Positions 13,001 to 24,999 of a DNA stretch of 64,000 bases are shown in pieces; positions within the stretch are counted from its first letter, which is position 1; each line of letters begins with the position of its first letter. This DNA comes from Auanema rhodensis (lineage: Eukaryota; Animalia; Nematoda), in the NCBI GenBank assembly GCA_964057225.1, contig OZ059900.1, forward strand, positions 6,386,001-6,450,000, read 5' to 3'. The notes under the pieces are model-generated. The model ran no database searches. It worked only from the letters and a program-made list of their open reading frames with translations, and was not told where the DNA came from. The position numbers were made by a program, and so were the translations under genes.

Positions 13001-14450
13001 GGAGAGGAAATTCACAACATTCTAAGATATGATATCAAACTTCACAATACTCAAAGATGATCAAACAATAAAGACGGTAATGTAGTTTTAAATTGATTGA
13101 ATAAATAGAAAAAGTTACAAAAAAAGGTAAATTTTCAAAAACTTAGAAGGAAAGAACTGTTCATAATTCGGAGAGGAAATTCACAAAATTCTAAGATATG
13201 ATCTCAAACTTCACAATACTCAAAGATGATCAAACAATAAAGACGGTAATGTAGTTTTAAATTGATTGAATAAATACAAAAAAGTAGAGAACTGTTCATA
13301 ATTCGGAGAGGAAATTCACAACATTCTAAGATATGATATCAAATTTCACAATACTCAAAGATGATCAAACAATAAAGACGGAAATGTAGTTTTAAATTGA
13401 TTGAAAAAATACAAAAAAGTAGAGAACTGTTCATAATTCGGAGAGGAAATTCACAACATTCTAAGATATGATATCAAATTTCACAATACTCAAAGATGAT
13501 CAAACAATAAAGACGGAAATGTAGTTTTAAATTGATTGAAAAAATACAAAAAAGTAGAGAACTGTTCATAATTCGGAGAGGAAATTCACAACATTCTAAG
13601 ATATGATATCAAACTTCACAATACTCAAAGATGATCAAACAATAAAGACGGTAATGTAGTTTTAAATTGATTGAATAAATAGAAAAAGTTACAAAAAAAG
13701 GTAAATTTTCAAAAACTTAGAAGGAAAGAACTGTTCATAATTCGGAGAGGAAATTCACAAAATTCTAAGATATGATCTCAAACTTCACAATACTCAAAGA
13801 TGATCAAACAATAAAGACGGTAATGTAGTTTTAAATTGATTGAATAAATACAAAAAGTTACAAAAAAAGGGAAATTTTCAAAAACTTAGAAGGAAAGAAC
13901 TGTTCATAATTCGAAGAGGAAATTCACAAAATTCTAAATGATTGAAAAAATACAAAAATTTACAAAAAAAGGTAAATTTTCAAAAACTTATAAGTAAAGA
14001 ACTGTTCATTATTTTGAGATGAAATTCACAAAAATCTAAGGTATGATATCAAAGTTCACAATAGTCAATGATGATTAAATAATGAAGACATTAGTGTAGT
14101 TTTTAAATTGATTGAAAAAATACAAAAAAGTAGAGAACTGTTCATTATTCAAAGATGAAATTCCAAAAATATTCTAAGATATGATATTAAACTCTAGAAT
14201 ACTCGAAGATGATCGAATAATAAAGACGTTGATGTAGTTTTAAATTGATTGAAAAACACAAAAATTTACAAAGAAAGGTAAATTTTCAAAAACTTAGAAG
14301 TAAAGAACTGTTCATTATTTTGAGATGAAATTCACAAAAATCTAAGGTATGATATCAGAGTTCACAATAGTCAATGATGATTAAATAATAAAGACATTAG
14401 TGTAGTTTTTAAATTGATTGAAAGAATACAAAAATTTATAAAAAAGGTAA
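10043..14450 (+). repeat. Satellite array 3 (long form, mixed 169-170 and 135-bp monomers)
   Basis: 169-bp monomers from 10043. 135-bp monomers at 13329, 13464 and 13599, which lack about 34 bp around gttacaaaaaaaggtaaattttcaaaaactt. Confidence 0.97.
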
Positions 14451-14889
14451 TAATATGTATTTTGCCGTTCTAGCGCACCTTTTCGCCCATCCTCAGTTTT
14501 CACGCTTTTCAGCCATTTTAAGGCTTAATATCAATGATTTTGTGTCAAAACTCATTGAAAAAACATTATTTTAAACAATTTTTAAAAATGGTAAAAAGGT
14601 CGAAATGCGTTACTTTACTTTAAAAATGTGGTCGACATACATGGTCGAAATGGTCGAGAAAAGTGCGCTTACATTTTGAATAAAAATAATGTTCAATAAA
14701 TGGTGAGGTTAGGTAAACCTTGAGGATCTGCTTTGCAAGCTCTTTCAAGAGTCTATAATTATTTTATAAGTTGAGTAACTTCCGCTTTAAACGAAACCGA
14801 TTCCTATATTCGTCGTTTGTTCATTATGTGATTATATAAAATTACACAAAATTTTTAATGGCACGTTTTTTATCGAATCAGTTTATAAT

Positions 14890-16413
14890 TTACAACGAGT
14901 TAGAAATACAGGCGATATTTTTACGGATTTCTGCCAAGTAATTGCTGTAATCTCGGCTCGCTTTATAAAAGATTTCATGCTTGCGGAAGAGGTGTTTCTG
15001 CTTGAATATGGAATCGTTGGCGACTAATATCATCTCTTCGAGCTGCCATGATTCCAAACAGTGACGTGCGACCCGCTGTTTTCCCCTGCCCAATATTTTT
15101 CTGACTTTCCATAATTGTCGCCGACCTAAATGAAAATAACAGAACTAATGACAAAGAGACTTTAAATATACTATAAAATCAATAATGCTCAATTTCCCGT
15201 TGACATCAACTCCGTAATTTGCCGAGTGCAAATCCTAAAATACAAGGATTCTCCGAATCAGTTCCCTTTCCGACATTTGGTCGTCCGTCATGTCGACCTC
15301 GTTCGCTTGGCGAAATCCGATGACTAAAAACACAAAATATTATTGTATGAGAAATGTTTCAATATAAACTGAAAAATTTCAAAATTTCAATAATCTCCAA
15401 AAAATAAATTATTTTTCGTTGCATATCTGACACAAAAGTGAGGGCTACATTTATGAAAATTACCTTCTTCGGTGCAGATGTATAATCCGAGGTTCGAGTA
15501 GTGCACATTCGGCACAAAATGAACTTTTGGCCCCAGCTTGATTAATTCGAGCATTTTGTATGCAAATATTTCACGCGAATCCGTACTTTGATTGTATGGA
15601 TACACAGCCAGACCGATGTGTACCTTTACGTGGAACCTGCCCAAGAGGTTCCCCTCACTCAAAATATTCGCGATGACACCACCCTAAAACACATTTTTCA
15701 ATCTCGCAAAAAACCTTCTTAATCATTTAATTACACTTACTTGAATTCCACCTCTAGTTTTTTCTTTACAATTAACTACGACGGTCGGGTTCTCGGCTTT
15801 CTCGGAAAAGTATTTTTGAAGAGCTAATTCCATATGTTTGTCCTCGGAGTCCAGGTAGTGAGCAAAGTCACTTTTGAAAGCACGCAGCTTTGTGCCGAAT
15901 CTTGGATAAAAAGAAAATAAATCATTTGATATTAACAACATGATATGTGAAAGAGCCGATTCGACGGAGGAAATAATGCTTCCTATGTTGCCAACGGATT
16001 TTGCTTGTAGCGCTTCTTCTGCATAAGCAGTGAGGCAAATTTGCGTGCTTCCGAAATTATTCACATTAAAGTTTATTTTTATACAATTTTGGCTCACATT
16101 AGTGGTGCTAAACAAATAAAAATTTGAAAACTTACCACGATCACTGTGTCACCGTCTTTTAATCCATAAAACTCGAGGCTTTTCGCACCTCGTCCATAAA
16201 GTTTTTGTCCATCTTTATTAAAAAGGTTCTGGTGTACACTTCGCATTTTCCACGTCGAAGTGATTTCTTCTTGCAAGTCATCCAACGTTTTCTGAAAAAA
16301 TTATATTTGATAACTGCTAATTTTATGAAAACGCGTACCTGGCTGTCAAATTTTAATTTGAATTCATCATGTACATAATCCTCATGATCTTGCAGCTCAA
16401 TAAACAACTCCAT
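14890..16413 (-). pseudogene. UBL-kinase gene, copy 4
   Basis: ORF translations identical to copy 1. Same TAG at 15235-15237. Confidence 0.8.
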
Positions 16414-16818
16414 CGGATCGGCAGGTGTTCTCAAAATTAGAAATTTGAATGCAAATTATAGAATCTGTTGCACTCTATAAAAACAACATGCAAATATTCA
16501 CTTTAGAAACATATATAGATATATATAACATATAACATAGAATGTTAAAAACAAATTTCTGACAGTAGATAGGCAGAATGATTTGAACATTCTTAACTCA
16601 GCCTTTGAGAAAAATTAATTAATATTAATTAAAATGTAGAAAAACAAAACTATTCTCTCCATTAGGTATAAAAATATGATTAGGTGTAGGCATTATCATT
16701 AACGTTGTGTGACAATGCAATTAATGAAAAATATCAAACTAGCCAAAGAAGATAATTTAAAAACTATTTAAAAAGCATTTTAAAAGCAAAAAGCATTTTA
16801 AAAGCAAAGCAAAAAGCA

Positions 16819-19800
16819 AGATATGATATCAAACTTCACAATACTCAAAGATGATCAAACAATAAAGACGGTAATGTAGTTTTAAATTGACTGAATAAAT
16901 ACAGAAAGTTACAAAAAAAGGTAAATTTTCAAAAACTTAGAAGGAAAGAACTGTTCATAATTCGAAGATGAAATTCACAAAATTCTGAGATATGATATCA
17001 AACTTCACAATACTCAAAGATGATCAAACAATAAAGACGGTAATGTAGTTTCAAATTGACTGAATAAATACAGAAAGTTACAAAAAAAGGTAAATTTTCA
17101 AAAACTTAGAAGGAAAGAACTGTTCATAATTCGAAGATGAAATTCACAAAATTCTGAGATATGATATCAAACTTCACAATACTCAAAGATGATCAAACAA
17201 TAAAGACGGTAATGTAGTTTCAAATTGACTGAATAAATACAGAAAGTTACAAAAAAAGGTAAATTTTCAAAAACTTAGAAGGAAAGAACTGTTCATTATT
17301 TTGAGATGAAATTCTCAAAATTCTAAGATATGATATCAAACTTCACAATACTCAAAGATGATCAAACAATAAAGACGGTAATGTAGTTTCAAATTGACTG
17401 AATAAATACAGAAAGTTACAAAAAAAGGTAAATTTTCAAAAACTTAGAAGGAAAGAACTGTTCATAATTCGAAGATGAAATTCACAAAATTCTGAGATAT
17501 GATATCAAACTTCACAATACTCAAAGATGATCAAACAATAAAGACGGTAATGTAGTTTTAAATTGATTGAATAAATACAAAAAAGTAGAGAACTGTTCAT
17601 AATTCGAAGATGAAATTCACAAAATTCTAAATGATTGAAAAAATACAAAAATTTACAAAAAAAGGTAAATTTTCAAAAACTTATAAGTAAAGAACTGTTC
17701 ATTATTTTGAGATGAAATTCACAAAAATCTAAGGTATGATATCAAAGTTCACAATAGTCAATGATGATTAAATAATGAAGACATTAGTGTAGTTTTTAAA
17801 TTGATTGAAAAAATACAAAAAAGTAGAGAACTGTTCATTATTCAAAGATGAAATTCCAAAAATATTCTAAGATATGATATTAAACTCTAGAATACTCAAA
17901 GATGATCGAATAATAAAGACGTTGATGTAGTTTTAAATTGATTGAAAAACACAAAAATTTACAAAGAAAGGTAAATTTTCAAAACCTTATAAGTAAAGAA
18001 CTGTTAATTATTTTGAGATGATATTCACAAAAATCTAAGGTATGATATCAAAGTTCACAATAGTCAATGATGATTAAATAATAAAGACATTAATGTAGTT
18101 TTTAAATTGATTGAAAAAATACAAAAAAATAGAGAACTGTTCATAATTCGGAGAGGAAATTCTCAAATTTCTAAGATATGATATTAAACTCTAGAATACT
18201 CAAAGATGATCGAATAATAAAGACGTTGATGTAGTTTTAAATTGATTGAAAAAATACAAAAAGTTACAAAAAAAGGTAAATTTTCAAAAACTTATAAGTA
18301 GCGAACTGTTCATTATTTTGAGATGATATTCACAAAATTCTAAGATATGATATCAAACTTCACAATACTCAAAGATGATCAAACAATAAAGACGTTAATG
18401 TAGTTTTTAAATTGATTGAAAAAATACAAAAAAATAGAGAACTGTTCATAATTCGGAGAGGAAATTCTCAAATTTCTAAGATATGATATTAAACTCTAGA
18501 ATACTCAAAGATGATCGAATAATAAAGACGTTGATGTAGTTTTAAATTGATTGAAAAAATACAAAAAGTTACAAAAAAAGGTAAATTTTCAAAAACTTAT
18601 AAGTAGCGAACTGTTCATTATTTTGAGATGATATTCACAAAATTCTAAGATATGATATCAAACTTCACAATACTCAAAGATGATCAAACAATAAAGACGT
18701 TAATGTAGTTTTTAAATTGATTGAAAAAATACAAAAAATTACAAAAAAAGGTAAATTTTCAAAAACTTAGAAGGAAAGAACTGTTCATTATTTTGAGATG
18801 AAATTCTCAAAATTCTAAGATATGATATCAAACTTCACAATACTCAAAGATGATCAAATAATAAAGACATAAGTGTAGTTTTTAAATTGATTGAAAAAAT
18901 ACAAAAAGTTACAAAAAAAGGTAAATTTTCAAAAACTTATAAGTAAAGAACTGTTCATAATTCGAAGAGGAAATTCACAAAATTCTAAGATATGATATTA
19001 AACTTCACAATACTCAAAGATGATCAAACAATAAAGACGGTAATGTAGTTTTAAATTGATTGAAAAAATACAAAAAAGTAGAGAACTGTTCATAATTCGG
19101 AGAGGAAATTCACATAATTTTAAGATATGATATTCAACTTCACAATACTCAAAGATGATCAAGCAATAAAGACGTTAATGTAGTTTTTAAATTGATTGAA
19201 TAAATACAAAAATTTACAAAAAAAGGTAAATTTTCAAAAACTTATAAGTAGCGAACTGTTCATTATTTTGAGATGATATTCACAAAATTCTAAGATATGA
19301 TATCAAACTTCACAATACTCAAAGATGATCAAACAATAAAGACGTTAATGTAGTTTTTAAATTGATTGAAAAAATACAAAAAATTACAAAAAAAGGTAAA
19401 TTTTCAAAAACTTAGAAGGAAAGAACTGTTCATTATTTTGAGATGAAATTCTCAAAATTCTAAGATATGATATCAAACTTCACAATACTCAAAGATGATC
19501 AAATAATAAAGACATAAGTGTAGTTTTTAAATTGATTGAAAAAATACAAAAAGTTACAAAAAAAGGTAAATTTTCAAAAACTTATAAGTAAAGAACTGTT
19601 CATAATTCGAAGAGGAAATTCACAAAATTCTAAGATATGATATCAAACTTCACAATACTCAAAGATGATCAAACAATAAAGACGGTAATGTAGTTTTAAA
19701 TTGATTGAATAAATAGAAAAAGTTACAAAAAAAGGTAAATTTTCAAAAACTTAGAAGGAAAGAACTGTTCATAATTCGGAGAGGAAATTCACAAAATTCT

Positions 19801-21340
19801 AAGATATGATCTCAAACTTCACAATACTCAAAGATGATCAAACAATAAAGACGGTAATGTAGTTTTAAATTGATTGAATAAATACAAAAAGTTACAAAAA
19901 AAGGTAAATTTTCAAAAACTTAGAAGGAAAGAACTGTTCATAATTCGAAGAGGAAATTCACAAAATTCTAAGATATGATATTAAACTTCACAATACTCAA
20001 AGATGATCAAACAATAAAGACGGAAATGTAGTTTTAAATTGATTGAAAAAATACAAAAAAGTAGAGAACTGTTCATAATTCGGAGAGGAAATTCACAACA
20101 TTCTAAGATATGATATCAAACTTCACAATACTCAAAGATGATCAAACAATAAAGACGGTAATGTAGTTTTAAATTGATTGAATAAATAGAAAAAGTTACA
20201 AAAAAAGGTAAATTTTCAAAAACTTAGAAGGAAAGAACTGTTCATAATTCGGAGAGGAAATTCACAAAATTCTAAGATATGATCTCAAACTTCACAATAC
20301 TCAAAGATGATCAAACAATAAAGACGGTAATGTAGTTTTAAATTGATTGAATAAATACAAAAAAGTAGAGAACTGTTCATAATTCGGAGAGGAAATTCAC
20401 AACATTCTAAGATATGATATCAAATTTCACAATACTCAAAGATGATCAAACAATAAAGACGGAAATGTAGTTTTAAATTGATTGAAAAAATACAAAAAAG
20501 TAGAGAACTGTTCATAATTCGGAGAGGAAATTCACAACATTCTAAGATATGATATCAAATTTCACAATACTCAAAGATGATCAAACAATAAAGACGGAAA
20601 TGTAGTTTTAAATTGATTGAAAAAATACAAAAAAGTAGAGAACTGTTCATAATTCGGAGAGGAAATTCACAACATTCTAAGATATGATATCAAACTTCAC
20701 AATACTCAAAGATGATCAAACAATAAAGACGGTAATGTAGTTTTAAATTGATTGAATAAATAGAAAAAGTTACAAAAAAAGGTAAATTTTCAAAAACTTA
20801 GAAGGAAAGAACTGTTCATAATTCGGAGAGGAAATTCACAAAATTCTAAGATATGATCTCAAACTTCACAATACTCAAAGATGATCAAACAATAAAGACG
20901 GTAATGTAGTTTTAAATTGATTGAATAAATACAAAAAGTTACAAAAAAAGGGAAATTTTCAAAAACTTAGAAGGAAAGAACTGTTCATAATTCGAAGAGG
21001 AAATTCACAAAATTCTAAGATATGATATTAAACTTCACAATACTCAAAGATGATCAAACAATAAAGACGGAAATGTAGTTTTAAATTGATTGAAAAAATA
21101 CAAAAAAGTAGAGAACTGTTCATAATTCGGAGAGGAAATTCACAACATTCTAAGATATGATATCAAATTTCACAATACTCAAAGATGATCAAACAATAAA
21201 GACGGAAATGTAGTTTTAAATTGATTGAATAAATACAAAAAAGTAGAGAACTGTTCATAATTCGGAGAGGAAATTCACAAAATTTTAAGATATGATATCA
21301 AACTTCACAATACTCAATGATGATCAAATAATAAAGACAT
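16819..21340 (+). repeat. Satellite array 4 (long form; right arm)
   Basis: Same order of monomer variants as array 3, plus an extra 305-bp dimer (18129 to 18434). Ends abruptly at ...ataaagacat (21340). Confidence 0.97.
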
Positions 21341-24300
21341 TTATTAATATTATTGATTTGTGTTGCTACCAAATCAACCCGGTTAAAAACATATTTTTTT
21401 CTCAAATTCAAAAGCAATCAGCCTCTTAAAAAGACATCTGCCAAAAGATTTTTCGAAAAAAAGGAGTATGACTACTGAACTGGTGAAAAAAAATTGGCGG
21501 CCAAGACCAACTACGATTTCCTCTTCAATTTCCTTAGTACACAATTTGTGTTTATATTATCTGTATTTAACCATATTTTACAAGAAATCTCTTTTGTATA
21601 AGGCATTGGTTCTTAATTTATATCTCTTTTAACAATACTACTCTCTATCTAACAATAAATTTTACTTACTTTTTTACTTTACTTTTACTTAGCATCGACT
21701 CATCTCAATTACCTAATAAATTTCTTGAACATTTCGCATTATTTATTTACCAAACATGTTAGTTAAAAATATATGTACATATATAGGAAAAATGCTCAAT
21801 CTCACGAATTATTCAATAGTATTATGAGATGAAAACACAGGTTTGAGATTTTTTAAGTCAAATGGTAGGTGAGCCTAAATTATTGAAATTTGCCATATCA
21901 TTCACTAAACGACACGACAAAATACATCGTTCGTCGTACGTCCAGTTTTCAAATTTCAAAGTAGATGCAAGTAATTCATATATTCCGGAAAATGTTCCTA
22001 ATTATGTATATTGAACACAATTTTTATGTTTTCTTCTCCAATGCAACAATTTTTTCAAATTAATAAACTTGATTAACCAACACATATTTTAGCTGGTTAC
22101 TTACTGCATTATTGAAGAAGTTCCCATTAATATAATTAGCTTCATGATAGCATTAATAGATTGAACGTTTAATATAACAATGTGTCAAGTATTAATTATT
22201 ATATTAATAAATTTGATGTACCACAAAAAGAAATATATAATATTCCGATAGGTTTTCAAATCATTTGGGAATTTGATAATGAGATGAATAAAATACAATT
22301 TTTTTCATTCTTTATTATATAGTTAATAATATTGCACAAATACGTAATCTTCATTTTTGAGATTAAAATAACAATTTTATTTATCAAAATGATTCTTAAA
22401 CCTACTTTTATTATTATAAAATAAAATTATTAATGCTAAAGAAATGGCTTCATCGATCAGAGACTAATTCTTTTATTTTATATCAGAAGTAACCTTAACA
22501 AACTACATGTTATTTCGAGACAATAAGTTTTTTCTCATAGTTTATATGTTCAATATTAGAAATTAGAATGCTATGGAATAAAGAACACTTATATATCATA
22601 TTTATTCTTCCGACTTTTTTACTTTTCAATCTATTTACACATATATACATATCCATATATGTCTATAAGTATATGTATATGTATATGTATATATGTATAA
22701 ATATATGTATGCTTATTATGCTCATTTGCGAAGATTATATCGTTTAGTGCTTAAATGTCAGCTTCTCTAATTATTAGGAGAATAAAGCCAATAAATGCAG
22801 CTGCAAAATGAGTGTGCCTGTTTGGCTTGTTCTTAGTAGGCAGTCTCTAAGTGAGATTTTGTGTGGGCCGCCCTTTCAATCCCTAGCGCGCCAAAATATA
22901 TCTCTCAAATGTCATGTGTGACCTGAGATCAGGCGTTATAACGAGCTGGCATAATAATAATAACTAACCATCAATTAGCCTTTCAAAAAGTCAATGATAT
23001 TGTACATTTTTTTACTTATGTTATAAATGTGTTCTTCATCATGTCCGGTGATTGGAAATACAATTGATTACTCATTTGAATTTTCGATATGTATTCACAC
23101 CTGTTATTCCTTAAATTTGTTCTAGTTAATCTGAATACTTAGTTGAAAATATTTCAATGCCTTCTCATTGTTTACGGAATATTAATTCTAGTTATTCTAA
23201 TTATAGATCAAATCATGAACTTTTTTTTTATCTGAGAGTTTAGATTTAAGTTAGGCAGTATTATATAATTATAATATCTGACTACACTATATATATATAT
23301 ATATGTAAATTCATGTATAGCATAGTATTTTCCTAAAATATATTATGTTGTCATTGATCATGAGACATATCAAATAATAGTTAAGCGACAAGCTATTATT
23401 AAAATCCCCTGATATTTGGAATGCGTAACTTGAAGATGAATTCTTTTTATCATTCGTTTCTCGCGAGATTTTCTAAATCTGCACTATACATATATCACCA
23501 AAAAAAATTAAAGCTTGCTTGTTTATCAAAAAGAGAGGCCGATAATATTAATCTAATGATCATCCATAGCAACACTAAGCATAGCAACCACAATGCTTAC
23601 TCATCAGTAATCCAATAGCGATCGGTTACATTTCATATTAATGCTCCTTGCTTTTTCATGATTTTGCATTCATATTTTTTTCTTATCCTTCATTATAACA
23701 ATATTAAAAAAATTTTTTGACTACTGGATTATTAGAATAGGGCATTAGAATACATTGAAATATTATTTATCTTTTTAATAATTAAGGCTTATAACCTTTA
23801 AACAGTTAATACCTCATAGCATTGACAGGTGTGACGGCTGGGAGATTTTTTGCATGGATCGCTCTTAGTGGCGCGCCTATCCTGTCTAATTGTAGGAAAG
23901 ATTAGCTTCCTTAATTGTTTGACTTGTTTTTGTTGATACCGGCAATTGACAATTGATACGTATTTCTTCTTTTTGCGAATCGACGCCGTCCTATTTGAGT
24001 TACTGCCGCTGAACAGTTAGGTTGCTTCCTGCTATTTTGCTTCTTTAATTACTAACTGTATTAATTTTACATCAACTACTGATTATGCAAGATAATTTAG
24101 AATAGTTTCTAAAAACAACTGTCTTAGCATACATATTTGCATTTGTTTAGACAATGCTTTTGAAACATATGTTATCTATTCAAATATATTCTATTATATC
24201 TTTACATATGTTTGGTTAATTGTTCAGTTTTTTTTATCGATTCGATTAGAATCTTTCTAACAAGATTTCCAGGATTAACTGAGAGAAGTATGACATATAT

Positions 24301-24975
24301 GACATATATGACTAACTTAGCTCGTTGCTTTACTATATGTAGATTAATTTTAATCATTCATAATGAATATTATCAACAAATTTTCATTTGACACTCATGA
24401 CAATATCAACTTTTTGGTTTCTTACTATTATATCTTATTAAGTTAAAACCCAAACGTTTTTAGATTAAATATTTCATTCAAATGTATATTATTCGTATTT
24501 TCAAACATCTGCCCCTAGCTGCAGATATTCACTGATAGCCTATTCTCGTATCTATTTGTTTATTTATTCTTATTTTAAGAATTTGATCATATTCATTCAA
24601 ATTTTTTTTCAAAATGATAACAAATTTGAAAATTACCAAACATCAACTAAGCATCTTGTGTCATTCACGAACCATGAAGAATCAGTATTAAATTCTTCGA
24701 TAATAGTAGTAACATATTTAATTTTTCAGACAATTACAAAATTACAAATAACAAGTCGTTTGCAAGCTGTTTACAAAAAAAATTAATTTTTAAAAATTTA
24801 AAAAATATTAATTGAAAAGTTGCTCTAACTCTAAATTTTCAAAAACAAATTTTCGAAAATATTTTTCTTTCTTGACGCAATTTGTTTTTTTCTAATTTTT
24901 TCATTAGCATTCTTGTTTTTTTGGGTATCTTTTAATTTTTTTTTAAATAGATAGGCATTTTTTAATTTATTTTTC

Positions 24976-24981
24976 TTTCAG
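24976..24981 (+). promoter_or_regulatory. Probable trans-splice (or 5'UTR intron) acceptor TTTCAG
   Basis: A T-rich tract ends in tttcag 18 nt before the ATG at 25000. Confidence 0.55.
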
Positions 24982-24999
24982 AAGTTGTGATTTTAAATC

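Larger units (their letters stand above)
1332..21340. repeat. Tandem amplification of four gene+satellite units (periods 3185, 3186 and 6776 bp; the last unit ends in a 4.5-kb satellite)
   Basis: Identical ORF sets start at 1743, 4928, 8114 and 14890. The shared unit start cttttcgcc is at 1332 and 4517. Confidence 0.97.

Noticed and set aside
10043-21340. CRISPR-like repeat array
   Set aside because: Eukaryotic context, the monomers are contiguous 135-170 bp satellite units with no unique spacers, and there are no cas genes.
22660-22712. (TATATG)n and (TA)n tracts
   Set aside because: Ordinary microsatellites in AT-rich intergenic DNA.
22880-22950. bantam/miR-58-family miRNA (tgagatca at about 22924)
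   Set aside because: The seed is present, but the upstream arm pairs only in short patches, so there is no convincing pre-miRNA stem.
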